Positions 12,059-26,059 of a stretch of 64,000 nt of DNA are shown piece after piece. The stretch is taken from assembly GCA_951406725.2 (NCBI GenBank), contig OX597827.1, positions 20,832,001 to 20,896,000 on the forward strand. The letters run 5' to 3'. Origin of the DNA: Octopus vulgaris (taxonomy: Eukaryota). The translations under genes and the position numbers were made by a program. The stretch's first letter is position 1; the number at the start of each line of letters is the position of its first letter. Under the pieces are notes generated by a model. The model made no database searches. It had not been told where the DNA came from and saw only the letters and a program-made list of their open reading frames with translations.

Positions 12059-12505
12059 ATACACACACACACACACAATCGAGGTTGACAAGGTATCACT
12101 GGTCTCTATGCTGTTGCTAGGTGTCCCTGCAGTTGCGATCATACTCAAAGACCCTTTCGACTCCGTCCGTGGTGTGTGGACAGACAGCTAGAGTGAGAGA
12201 GAATGATAGATTTGATACGAGGCTGCTACATTATTTATGAACCTCCAAAAGGTTAAAATGCAAAGTTGAAGGAGGCAGGATTCGAACTCACAACGAAATA
12301 AATGTGGCATCACACTTTACTCCACTGCCGTCACAGCAATCCGCCGCAACATGTGATGCGCGCGCGCGCATTTATAGATCTTTAGGTATGTGTAGAATTC
12401 CTTATGGGTGTCTGTGTGTGTGTGTATGTATGTATATATATATATATATTCCTATCTCTTAGACGATTATTCCAACCGCTGACTCTATTTGCCTATCTAT
12501 CTAGC

Positions 12506-12545
<40 letters not shown>

Positions 12546-12845
12546 CACGTGTGTGTGTGTGTTTGCACACGCACACACACACAGAGGCAAACATATTTGT
12601 ACATTTATGTATAAAATACGTACAAAAAAACATGTATATATATATATATGTATATATATATATTCAGATAGATATGCATAGGGAGAAATACGTCTGTGTG
12701 TGTGTGTGTATGCCTGTATGTGAGTGCATCTATAAATTTACTGTGCTTGTATGTTTGTGAGCACCCATTACGTCAGTGTATATGCACATAATTATATACC
12801 CAACGCCAATGTAATCGAGACAAACCGTCTTACACAAACGTATAA

Positions 12846-12894
<49 letters not shown>

Positions 12895-13174
12895 GAGAGA
12901 GAGAAAGAGAGAAACAGATTAATTAAAAATTGCATAAACAAAAATACAAAAAACAAAATACACAAAAGTGCATAATTTTGACATGTGGATGTGTGTGCGT
13001 GTGTGTGCATATGTATCAATCTATTTTGCATGTGAGTATATATATATATATATATATATATCTTTATGCATGTTTTATGTTTCGTGCATGTTTGTATGGT
13101 CATATATATATATATATATAAGGCCGAAGAGGGTACGGAAGCCGCTTGTCCCAGTTTGTATTTTTCTACATATA

Positions 13175-13205
<31 letters not shown>

Positions 13206-13442
13206 TACATACATACATACATACACACACACCCACATATGTACAATTTAATTATGGTTAATACCTGCAAATTTCACGTGTATCACACACACACACACAC
13301 GTCTGGAGTAGAACATCGATAAGGGATATAAATTTTAATTATATTCTTCAATCTATTTACGATCACTCGTGCGTGCTTGTGAGTTTGTATGGGTATAAAT
13401 GTATGTATGTATATAGGCATGATTGTGCCTGTGTGTGTATAA

Positions 13443-13494
<52 letters not shown>

Positions 13495-13535
13495 GAGGAT
13501 GTTTGTAGGTAAATGTAGAAATGTATCCGGGAAGA

Positions 13536-13622
<87 letters not shown>

Positions 13623-14109
13623 GTAGGTAGGTAGGTAGGTACGTGTGTGTGTGTGTGGAGTTAAAAGTGTCGATTAGAGAAAAGACAGTAACAGCGACCC
13701 AGAAAAGTGTTTCGGTTTACATGAGGGTCAGTTCAAGCAAATTCCGGGACTAGAAGCAACGACAGAGCTACAGTGACTGGAGTTATTATAGCTGACCTTG
13801 TTTGTAAAAAGGGTGGTCCAGTTAGGAGTGTCATGTGTATGTGTGTGTGTGTGGGGGGGAGTGTCATGTGGTTTGCTTTCCAGCATTTTGTTGTTCAATC
13901 TCAGATATACATTGACCCAGTTCACCTTATAAATCTCGGTACCTTACGATTGTGCAGAGCTGCATCAAAATGCAGTAAAGGATGGTGGGACATTACGTTT
14001 CAAAAAGCGGCTTTTATTCGCCGAACCGAGTTGAAGCTCTGCAATGGGTCGGGACTAAGGTGGAACTATTCCTGTTCTGACCTATTTTGAACTAATTCAA
14101 GATTAATAA

Positions 14110-14315
14110 TGATTTCTATGACAGTCACAAGGTTTGCAATTAGGTGAAGGTGTAGAATCGACTACACCGACCCCAGTGCTCGACACGTATTATATTTCGT
14201 CGACCACGGAAGAATGAAGGGTAAAGTTCACCTTGGCGGGATTTGAACTCATAATGTAATGATCCGGGACAAACACTGTAAAATATTTTGTCCCGAGCTC
14301 TAACGATACCGCCAG
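14110..14315 (-). mobile_element. Degenerate family A SINE
   Basis: ACCGACCCCAGTGCTC...GAATGAAGGGTAAAGTTCACCTTGGCGGGATTTGAACTC is the reverse complement of the 1776 element body and B-box. Confidence 0.65.
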
Positions 14316-16299
14316 TTAATAATAATAATAAGAAGAAGAAGAAGAAGAAGAAGAGGAAGGAGAAGAAGAAGAAGAGGACGGAGAAGAGGAAGAAGGAGAA
14401 GTGGAAGAAGAAGAAGAAGAAGAAGAAGAAGAAGAAATTGAGTCAAACAGTTACAAACTAGTAGTTTCCGTATTTGTCTGGTACATGTTTTCATTGGCCC
14501 CTTCCCCGCTCCAAGCCCAACCATGATTTGAACTCAGAATGTAAAAACATGTGACTCAATGCCACCAATGTACTGTATCCGATGCTCTACCAATTCCACT
14601 TTTCTGGAGGAGAATTACAGTCAAGTGGTAAAATTCAATTTCAGCAGGATTTGAACTCAGAACACAGACGTAACTAAATGCCATATTTTGTATTTTGTGC
14701 TTATGAATTAACAAACGGAAATGTTTCTGTGGTGGTGGTGGAGGTTAATTTTGTGACGTAAAAACTGTGATCACAGCATAAGGTAGGTAGTAATAACGGA
14801 AGGAACGTGAGAAACCAAATTATAACTAAGAGAGACACACACACATGTAATTATAACGTAAAGAGACAGAGATATGTAAGAGACGAAGTGATATTGTGTA
14901 CAGGACAATCACAGGGAACAGAGAGACAACCATAACGTAAAGCTGTAGATATATGTAAGTTATAAGGTAGTGAGAGAGAGAGAGACACTAAGTGGAGATG
15001 TAATGATGACGTACAGCACGTAAGAAAGGTGATCATATTATAAAACGTACAGATGTATTAATACAGAGACGGAGGTGGAAAAGACATCATTGCTCCAGCA
15101 TGACCCCAGTCCTGATGGCTATAACAAACTAAAAACGTAATCATAGCATATAGAATGACAGACGTAATCTTGACGTAATGGACACTTAAAAACGCAGTCT
15201 TAACGTAAAGATACGCAAATAACGTCTGACGCTCTACCGACTCGATCACAACGCTGCCCTAACGATAAGCAGGATTCCTAAAACACAGAGCTACATATTT
15301 CGGTTGTTGGTGTTGGTTTAAGTAGACCTATCATCAATGGCGTTTCAACCATGACCATTCAAACTTTCTGTAATATCTCGCACGACATCATCCTGTGTCT
15401 TTTATCTCACAACGGTAGGATACGATTCCAAGCAACTTCGCTGCTATTTATAGAGTATATTTGATATTCAACAAAACGCTCGGCTCGTGGACCCAACGCA
15501 GCAAAACAGTCTGGGACGTTAATGTCCAACAAAGACTTCGTTACTCCTTCATTTTAGGGACTCCCGGTAAAACACGAAAAGTAAGAATTTGAACTCAAAC
15601 CGTCGAGAGGCGTAGATACGAGCCCGCTCGACCAACTTAAAAGCTGGCAGCCAGATCTGTCCCTACCATATTGAAGAAGGAACGACACGATGACACAGTC
15701 TTAGATACGGTGTGGTCTGAATTTTAGAAATGGTCACGATTGGAAAGTCTGCGCGGCCAGAGATAATAACAAAACGATATTGTTTATTTTTTTTTTTATT
15801 TGCCACAAGGGCAATAAAGGTACAGTATTAATACAACAACATTATTATTGTTGTGATGGGTGGTGGCGGCGGTGGTGAAGTAACGTTACATAAAACAAGG
15901 AATTTAGAAAGCAGAAAAGAGAGTACAAGACAACAGAGTACAGCAGAGTACAATACGAATGTGATTACAAAGAAAATGTCGAGAAAAAGAAAAACTATTG
16001 CAGTGAATAAAGCTGACAAATGACAAAAGTGTGTGTGTGTATAGAAAAGAGTTTTTCTTCCGAACAAGGAGACTATTCCAGTCGTCTTTTACATTAAAGA
16101 TATTTTTTTTTATATATTTTTTCCCCCTTTTAACTATTTTGCTTCGCGTGGAACAATGCCATTCCTACGTCTAACTTCCAAACTAATCACAGACGTTATC
16201 TTCAATACAATGCATTCACGTCCTTAAACACATGTATAATATATATAATACAGGTACTGTACACGTCTATTACATACGTGCATACATACATACATATAT

Positions 16300-16362
16300 A
16301 GTGTAATGCATATAATATATACATATATATACATATATATATAATATATACATATTATATAT

Positions 16363-16394
<32 letters not shown>

Positions 16395-16630
16395 ATATAT
16401 TATATAATATATATATATATTATATAATATATATATATAATATATATAGTATATATTATATAATATATAATATATATATATTATATAGTATATATTATAT
16501 AATATATAATATATATATATTATATAGTATATATTATATAATATATATATATTATATAGTATATATTATATAATAATATATATATAATATATAATATATA
16601 TATATATATTATATAATATATATATAATAC
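16300..16630. repeat. AT-only low-complexity tract
   Basis: Degenerate (TA)n/(TATAA)n with a few repeated TATAGTATATTA units. Confidence 0.9.
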
Positions 16631-16973
16631 ATCTATTTTATGTATACATTATATATATTATACGCATTATATTACACATACAGACAAAGCGCACACTCCT
16701 CCCAGCACCCACCCACATACAAAATCACAGAGCCATCACTGAAGCCCAACCAGCGAGGCTAAAAGATCAGTTATCAACTGTCGGGGTCACTCAGGCAAAC
16801 TAATAACACACTCGTGTCTTTTACAATGCTCCCACTGCTTCACTATACACTTTGAAGAACACATTTATATCTAGTCAGCAGATTGACTCCAGCTATTTTC
16901 TCTCAGATATGGTATTCACATTCACAAACAATTCTCCTCCACAATACGTACATACGTACATACATACATACAT

Positions 16974-17057
<84 letters not shown>

Positions 17058-17971
17058 GCACGCACGCATACATACTTTTGGCTTCGGCTATTGGATTAAT
17101 AAAGAAATATATAAATATAAATAGATTCGGTGTACACAACTGAAACAATATTAAATTTAAAAACCCATCTGTGTAACATACTTAAAGTATATACACCCCT
17201 AAAAGGCTTGATGCTGTGGTTTTTATCTAAGAGAAAATTCCTAGATAAGTTGTGCTAAAAACATCGGAGCGAGGTGAACACTTTCAGTCCGGGATTCGCG
17301 TTTCGGCCTTTTTTGGACTTTGTCAATGATGTGTAACCATTTGACACATTGCGTAAATAAAATGTCTCCTCTGATGTGTAGAAAATAGCGAATAATACAT
17401 TCACTGACATAGAGGAAAGCTTGTTGGGCTGTAATAAACTCAGGGTATGCAATTGAAAATAATGAAAAAAGAAAGATGGATGAATAGATATGTATGTATG
17501 TGTGTATCTATGTATAGATAGATAAATAGACAGACAGACAGATAGATAGACCACTTAGGTATCGGCTATTGAGTGGAATATTCTTTCCTGAGGAGTTGTA
17601 CAAAAACTTTGAAACGTGTTATATCCAGGAATCAGTTCCAAAAACCAGATCCACTCTGATGTCTAAAGATTTCGAGAGTTAGCTCTCTTAGCTGTTTTTA
17701 GATTTTAAATACACCTATAGGGAGATTTTATCAATTAATTACATAGATAATCTCAACTGATTACTATATTGCGTACGTGACAACTTATACCGTGTTCGTA
17801 TTTAATTTACAGAACAACTGACATTATTTCAACCTTATTGCTAATGAATATGATATGAAATTATATATGTTGCATGTATGTATGTGCGCGCGTGTGTGTG
17901 TGTGTATGTGTGCTATTTCTATTATTTAAAACAGTTCGATTCGGGCCCCATGCGACTTAAAAGTTTCGTGG

Positions 17972-18030
17972 GCTTCTTACAAAACCTAACTCGTCGGGCT
18001 CAGTTAACGAGCTAGGTTTTTGTAAGAAGC
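17972..18030 (-). other. 59-nt near-perfect hairpin (pre-miRNA-sized or mini-MITE)
   Basis: Arms GCTTCTTACAAAACCTAACTCGT and ACGAGCTAGGTTTTTGTAAGAAGC around a 12-nt loop. Confidence 0.5.
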
Positions 18031-18065
18031 TGATGGGGTCGAATAAAACTGTAAAAATGTGTGTG

Positions 18066-18119
<54 letters not shown>

Positions 18120-19758
18120 TACTCATGCATGCATGAATGTGTAGACTGTGTCATTGAAAAAAGTGAAGTGTCGCGTGGCAACTCGCCCATTCTGGTTCTT
18201 CTGGCACAGGATAGTTAATGTCACTGTGCTAAATCTGGTATTGGAACAGCTGTCGTTCGAAGTTCCACACCTCATAAGAAAATAAATGAGGGCGAAAATG
18301 TAAAACGAAGCAAAAATGAAATTTAAAAACATTTTTCAAAATTGTAATTTCTATGAATTAAAAATATAAGAAACTGAAGACAAAAAACCTACCCTTTACC
18401 TTTCTTACGAGGTTTCAAGGTTTTAAGGAACACCTCTTGCAAACTCGCCCTAAACATATTACTCGGATATAAGTGTTCATCCAAAATAAGCATGGTTTGA
18501 GCATCTTGTCAGCACCATCCCCAAAACAAGCGAAAATAAACGTAATTTGATCATGTTCCTATGAATTTATTACTTCCGCAAGAACATAGAATCGTTCAGC
18601 TATTCTATACATCAATCAGATGTCTTCAATATCACTTCAATCATCGTTTCTGGGAACGTTTTTATTAGATTTGAAAATAATTTACGTCCAGATTATACCC
18701 AGACATTGCTAACAACAAATCTATTATAAATCAGTTTTAATAATGTTACCCTTTATTTATATTACAAATTCCCACGACGAAATCGAAAACAGGCCGTATA
18801 TTGATAGGATGTCGCTCAGTCTTCGGCCCTTATTTTCATCATTTACCCATTATCCCACCATCTGTCTACTGTAAAAGCCAATTAAATAGTATAGTTCTTT
18901 CCCACAACAATATTCGGTCAAAGAGGATAGAATTAGTTTTCTGTTTTAATACTTACAATGAAGTTAGTCCTTAACAGTAGGTGTGCCACTCTTACCTAAA
19001 TACATACATATATAAATACATACGAAAGAGTGATGCATGCGTATGATTGTATACACGCACTTATATGCGTATAATACAAAGATGTGTGTGAGGCTATACA
19101 TACACATAGAGGGCTGGCTTTGTTTAGCACCAAATGAACCTTGATCTACCTAACATAATCAAAGACATTCCAACTGTACCCACCATGCCTTTTTATGGGG
19201 TGTATAACTGAGTGTCATTTCCTTAAGACTGTGCGGTGCGATTTGAAGGAAATTCGACAAGTCTTTCTAATAGGTCAAACTCCCATGTAGTGATGTTCTC
19301 ACACAATGAGAAGAACATCTTCCAGGTTTATTGACAAACCCACCACATCTTGAGTACTGAAGGCATACATTTTTTTGTTTAGCATCGTTCATGTATGTAT
19401 TCTAGAAAGTCAATAAGTTGGTGAGTACTATAATGTCGGTGCCAAACTTCTCCTAAGACCAATTCTCAGTTATTTCAGGTTGGACTGCCAATTTCTTCAC
19501 CGCCAACATCTCAAGCCGTCAATAACTAAAGCTCATCGATGGACACAACCCACAGATCATTGAACAGAAATCACTGGATCGTTTTATTTTCATTTGCGAA
19601 TCAGTTTGTTCGGCCTTCAGCCTAATACCTTCATCTACGTCTCAGAGAGCAGCAGAAGCAGCACGATCTATCAAATAGACTTTATTACCCAAGAACTATA
19701 CACACACCTGGTAAACCAGAAAAAAAATCCCGTTAGTTTCTTTGGAAGTGTTTCGTAG

Positions 19759-19824
<66 letters not shown>

Positions 19825-21239
19825 ATAATGGGTGAGGTCTATAAAGGAGGGTCTTCCTTTGTCAAATTTTTCAGTTTTGACATTAAAATTTTTTTTTCTA
19901 GATTTCTGTTGTGCAAATTTTTGAAGAATGATAATCTCAGATGTTTAAAACGTAAATCTAAAAAAATAATTATTAAAAGCAAGTAAAAACTGAAAAGTTA
20001 TGAAAAGGAGCGGGGGAGGGGGTTGGAGTTCTGCTCTCCCCACACCCACCCCCTCTCTGATCACCCATTGTTTTTTGGTGGGGAGGGTGGGGGGAGGGGG
20101 AAGAATCGCAATCTGCGATGCTTCAAACATCCAAAGAAATCACGGTTGCTGGTGCACTACATCATTTCCGATTCTATTCTACAGGAACTTGTATGTGTGT
20201 GTGTGTGTGTGTGTGTAGGTGACGGTCTTTGTGTGCGTTTCGATCTTAGCTTCTTGCACGTTTGCGTGCAGGTCTGCGTGTGTCTACGTCCAAACCTGCC
20301 CGTGCCTGTGGTCTTACATTCCAACAACAGCTATTCTGCTGCCCAATTGTCTTCGACTTTACGATAGCTTTGCGTCTGATTGTCAGTTCGGTGTCTCCGT
20401 TAAGTGGAAGACGGGTACGGAGGCAGAGTGGCAGAATGGTGCATGTCACAAGGAGCTGAAGAATGGTACAGTGGTAGAGTAATAACTTGTAATATGGGGG
20501 TGGGGCACATTTTACAAGGGTTCATTGATTTATGGGTGAAAAGAAATAAAGTTACAGAAAAAAAGGCACTTTTGTTTTCGGGTGGGGGTCAGTCGAGAAA
20601 TGTGATATTTCACTGCAATAACATTAAACAATATATTAATTAGACACAAATTGCTAATTAAGTGACAATAAATTAAGTAGTAATTAGACAGAAGTTGTTT
20701 TATTAACTTACAGTACATGGCCAAATGTATACAATTTATGTAATTACACATATGTGGAAAAAATAATCATATTTTCTTTTATATTTTTAAATATAAACAA
20801 TGATAAATATAAGTGGTCTGTAGAGCCCTTCTTTTACTTTGGATTTACGGGGACACACACGTACACAGGTGCCTGTATAATGACAACACTCATTAGAACA
20901 GTCAATTTAATTTTCTCTGACCAAAACGAAGCTGACATCTAAATTGAGATAAACCAGAAGGCAAAGAAGACCACAGACAGTTACACTAATAACTTGAAAG
21001 ACAGATAGACAGACCTGTGTGTGTGTGTAGAAAGCCATACAACCTAATAGATACACATAGGTATAAGACCGACAGATAGCTAGATAGACAGGTAGATGCA
21101 GAAACTGGTAGAGTGAAAGATATTTTGGGGGATGGAGACAGGGTAAATAGACGGCTTGGTCAATGAGACAGACACATATGGCTAGAAAGCTACAGAAACA
21201 ACCAGAGAAAAAATAAAAAACAACAACCATATTCACAAT

Positions 21240-21270
<31 letters not shown>

Positions 21271-21496
21271 ATTGAGGATTATATATATATCTATGTGTGT
21301 ATATATATATAGACACACACATGTGTATGAATACATACACATATGTGAATATATGTATATGTGTGTAAGTGTATGCACACACATTTACACATTAAGATAT
21401 GATCATCATCGACAAATGGGTAGAAAATAGTGTTTGGGTGTGTGTATACGTACACACACACACACAAGTATATATACACATATACATACAAGCAGT

Positions 21497-21542
<46 letters not shown>

Positions 21543-21624
21543 CAAACAGATAGATAGATAGACAAACAGATAGATAGATAGACAAACAGATAGATAGATA
21601 GACAGACAGACAAACAGAGACAAA

Positions 21625-21655
<31 letters not shown>

Positions 21656-21749
21656 GCAGACAGAAAGACAGATAGATAGACAGACAAACAGAGAGACAGA
21701 TAGAGAGACAGATAGATAGACAGACAGACAGACAGACAAACAGAGAGAC

Positions 21750-21791
<42 letters not shown>

Positions 21792-21935
21792 CAAATAGAT
21801 AGATAGATAGACAGAGAGACAGATAGATAGATAATAAATAGATAGATAGATAGATAGACAGACAGAGAGACAAATAGATAGATAGATAGACAGACAGAGA
21901 GACAAATAGATAGATAGATAGACAGACAGAGAGAC

Positions 21936-21991
<56 letters not shown>

Positions 21992-22000
21992 GGATGGATA
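21497..22000. repeat. Compound (GATA)n/(GACA)n microsatellite
   Basis: Directly visible; it explains the long YLSI-type ORFs. Confidence 0.95.
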
Positions 22001-23054
22001 GGAGTAGACAAAAAATGAAATAATTGTGACGAGAGAATTGTTTTGTCGTTGCATACAGTTGTAAGTTGGTGACTTACCTTTAAATCATCTAACAAACATT
22101 ATATCACATATCCTTCCAGCGAGCTTGGACCATGTAAAGACGTCCAGACATCATCACCACCATCACCACCACTACCTGTTGTACGTTTGTGTTCCGCCTG
22201 TTGTTAGAACCTGAGATGGCGGTGGAGTAGTAGTGATGGAGTGGTGCTTGGAGGAAGAGGAGGAGGAGGAGAGACCAAAGAAGGGACTGGAGTGGATATA
22301 GAATGAAACCAGTCGGAGACGGGCAGATAGCAGTAATTAGTCGGGTAGGAGAGGTATATGCGTGTATGGGAATGTATGGAAGTGTGGAGTATATATACAC
22401 ATTGGGCGATGTGGCGAAACGGAGAGAGAGGTTTGCGAGAGGAGGAGGAGTAGGAGCAGGAGAAAGGAAAGTGAAAGTAAGGAAGGGGCGGTAAAAGCTC
22501 TATGAAAGAGGAGGAGGAGAATTACGAAATCAATGAGGAAAGGAAAGCTGGATGAAGAAAGAGAGGAGTAGAAGTAGTGATTGAAGGGGAGGAGAGAGAG
22601 AGGGAGATAATGAAAGGGTGACGAGAGGGATTGTATAGAGAGGGGGAGGGAAAGAGAGAGAAGAAAGAAAAGAAAACGAAAGTGTTTGTGTTTGTGTACA
22701 TAAAGTGTGTCGTCTACTAAGACACGGTTCGAGCTATCGGCCCGCCAACCTCGCTGCCGTGTTAGTTTACTGTTGAACGTTACAGTAATACTACTATCGC
22801 TGCTGCTGCTGCTGCTGCTGCTACTAGAGCTACTGCTGCAGTTGTCGCTGCCTTTGCTGCTGCAAGTGTAAGTCTTACGTTGCAGCCTGGCACCCATTCC
22901 TTTGCAGTCCACTTATTCCCTCACCCTTCACTTCCACTTATTGTTGTGTGGGGGTGGTTCAACGCATAAACACGTGCATATGTATGTGTATAAATGTATG
23001 TATGTGTATGCACGTGAAGACGCAAATATTACTGAGTGTATATGCGTTTATGTA

Positions 23055-23105
<51 letters not shown>

Positions 23106-24347
23106 ATATAGATAGATAGATAGATATAGATATGTATTTATATACATGTTTATGTGTGGGGTGTCGGAGTATGTACACGTGTGTGTATAAACCGCGTTTG
23201 GTTATGTACGATAAAGCGGCGGCGACAATGCGGGAAGAGGGGGGCGGGGAGAGTCTTTCCTGAAACGTCTCACGAATGAAGCCAATATTAGTCGCCTCCC
23301 CTGAAAGCTACTTTCACTTTCTGTTTTTCAGCCATCTAAACCACATGTGGGCAGCGGGACGTGATGGAAATGGTTCGAATACAATCATCGTTGCCACATG
23401 TTTCGCACAAACGTATACACACGTGACACATGCTGCTATGAACGTTCATACAGATACACATTCGTAAACATATACTCATCTACATATTCACACATACGAT
23501 CCCCACACGCATGCACATACACACGCACACACACACACACACACAAAACATGCTTATTCCTTTACTAAAACATGCATACACATATACACACACATTGCAT
23601 CCCTCTATACACACATATGCCCCTTAGTGAGTGTTTGCAAATACACACACATACAGCTAACCAAGCACATTACTCAAAGATACGGTTTATGTGCGTATTG
23701 TAGTAAGCAAATACACGCGCGCGCGCACACACACAAACGCATTCATATAATATTATTTGCAAATACTTTTGTTTTCATAAACAAAATCGTTAAAATATTG
23801 ATATTTAGGAAGGTGTGATCATATCCCCCACCCTAGGGGCACGTAGAAAGCACACCTCTATTCACATAAACAAGCTACACACACTCACATATACTGCGAC
23901 GTCTATGTGCAAGCTCACGCATATACACGAACGTACTACACAAACATACACATACGCTCAAACATACGCATACGCAAGCGCTCACATTAAAAAAAATTTC
24001 AACTGATATCATCGGAGTTATGTCCCTTGCTTCTTTTAAAATATTTTAAACACCTCAGTGGAGTTTTTGCCATCTCATTACAAGGACAAGAGCAGCTAAA
24101 TTAAGTTTTGCAACACAGCATATTACATATGCAATGCTGTCGTATTTAGCATTCTTACATCAGCCATAGTGTTGATATCAATAAACAGTGGTACTGTATA
24201 TAATATATGTGTGTACACAGATATATTATATATATATATATATATATATACTCATGTATATGCACATATATAAGTATACATGCATATTTATATACTTACA
24301 CATAAGCATACATGTATAGACATGTGGATTTATATATACGCATAGAT

Positions 24348-24711
24348 ACTCTTTTACTTGTTTCAGTCATATGACTACGGCCATGCTGGAGCAAATCGAC
24401 CCCAGGACTTATTCTTTGTAAGCCCAGTACTTATTCTATCGGATCTCTTTTGCCGAACTGCTAAGTTACGGGGACGTAAACACACCACAAGCGATGTTGG
24501 GGGGAACAAACACAGACACACAAACACACACATATATATACATATATACGATGGGCTTCTTTCAGTTTCCGCTTACCAAATCCACTCACAAGGCTTTGGT
24601 CGGCCCGAGGCTATAGTAGAAGACACTTGCCCAAGGTGCCACGCAGTGGGACTGAACCCGGAACCATGTGGCTGGTAAGCAAGCTACTTACCACACAGCC
24701 ACTCCTGCGCC
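24348..24711 (-). mobile_element. tRNA-derived SINE, family B (CORE-like), young
   Basis: Minus: GGCGCAGGAGTGGCTGTGTGGTAAG head, GGTTCAGTCCC B-box, CCTTGGGCAAGTGTCTT body, tail GCTCCAGCATGGCCGTAGTC...GAAACAAGTAAAAGAG. Confidence 0.9.
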
Positions 24712-24732
24712 TATGATATGTAAATAAATATA

Positions 24733-25070
24733 TCGTCGTGGCACTCCGTCGGTTACGATGACGTAGGTTCCAGTTGATCCAATCATCGGAACAGCCTGCT
24801 CGTGAAATTAAAGTGCAAGTGGCTGAGCACTCCACAGACACGTGGGAGATTCAGTGTGACACTGAAATATAAGTACAACAGAAACAGGAAGAAAGAGTGT
24901 GATAAATTTGTGGTGAAAGAGTACAACAGGGTTCACCACCACCCCCTGCCAGAGCCTCATGGAGCTTTAGGTGTTTTCGCTCAATAAGCACTCACAACGC
25001 CTGGTCTGGGAATCGAAACCGCGATCCCACGACCGCAAGCCCACTGCCCTAACCACTGGGTCATTGCACC
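24733..25070 (-). mobile_element. tRNA-derived SINE, family C, tail type 1
   Basis: Minus: A-box TGACCCAGTGG, B-box GGTTTCGATTCCC, body TTATTGAGCGAAAACACCTAAAGCTCC shared with 28530 and 30080. Confidence 0.85.
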
Positions 25071-25357
25071 CACACAAATAAACATATATATATATATATA
25101 CATACACACATAAGCATATATAGTGAGAATTTACAAAAAACAAAACACAGGTGTGTAAACAACAAACAGATGCATTAGTTAACGTATATATATATATATG
25201 TGTGTGTGTGTTTGTGTATGTATGTTTGTATGTATATACGTACGCAAATATACATATATACATACACACATACACATATTACGTATACATAGATATTCAT
25301 ATAAACATATACAGTACATAGACTCTCTTGAGCCTTGAGTCACTCTCACTCTCTCTC

Positions 25358-25410
<53 letters not shown>

Positions 25411-25545
25411 AGCCTTGAGTCACTCTCACTGATACTGATAATAAATAAAAAAAAACGTATGCATACTCCTATTCTGAGTCCAGTAACTCATTCTGTTTCT
25501 CTCTTTCTCTCTCTCTCCCTCTCTCCCTCTTTCTCATAATTTATA

Positions 25546-25864
25546 GGTGCAAGAGTGGCTGTATGGTAAGTAGCTTGCTTTCCAACCACATGGTTCTGGG
25601 TTCAGTCCCACTGCGTGAAACTTTAGATAAGTGTCTTCTACTATAGCCTCGGGCCAACGAAAGCCTTGTGAGTGGATTTGGTAGACGGAAACTAAAAGAA
25701 GTCCATTGTATATGTGTGTGTTTGGGTTTATGTGTCTGTTTGTCTCCCCCCCCACCATCGCTTGTTGGTGTGTTTACGTTCCCATAACTTAGTGGTTCGG
25801 CTTACAAAAGAATAAGTCAGTGCCCCATCACGGCTGCTGTTATATGAGTGAAACAAATAAAAGA
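25546..25864 (+). mobile_element. Family B SINE (internally deleted)
   Basis: GGTGCAAGAGTGGCTGTATGGTAAG head; CTACTATAGCCTCGGGCC body; GAAACAAATAAAAGAA tail. Confidence 0.85.
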
Positions 25865-26059
25865 ATATATATGGATAGATAGATAGATACACATACATAT
25901 ATGCACACACACATATGCATGCATGCATACAGATATACATACATATATAAATAGATATGCTTCTCTTTTGGAACTGTGGATCTCTAAAGTTCTAAATAAA
26001 AGCATTCAAATATTGAGTCAAAAAAACCTTTGTTGAAGTCTAGATACATAGCCATTAGG

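Noticed and set aside
21291-22095. Long ORFs of 204-229 aa
   Set aside because: Translations of the (GATA)n/(GACA)n microsatellite.
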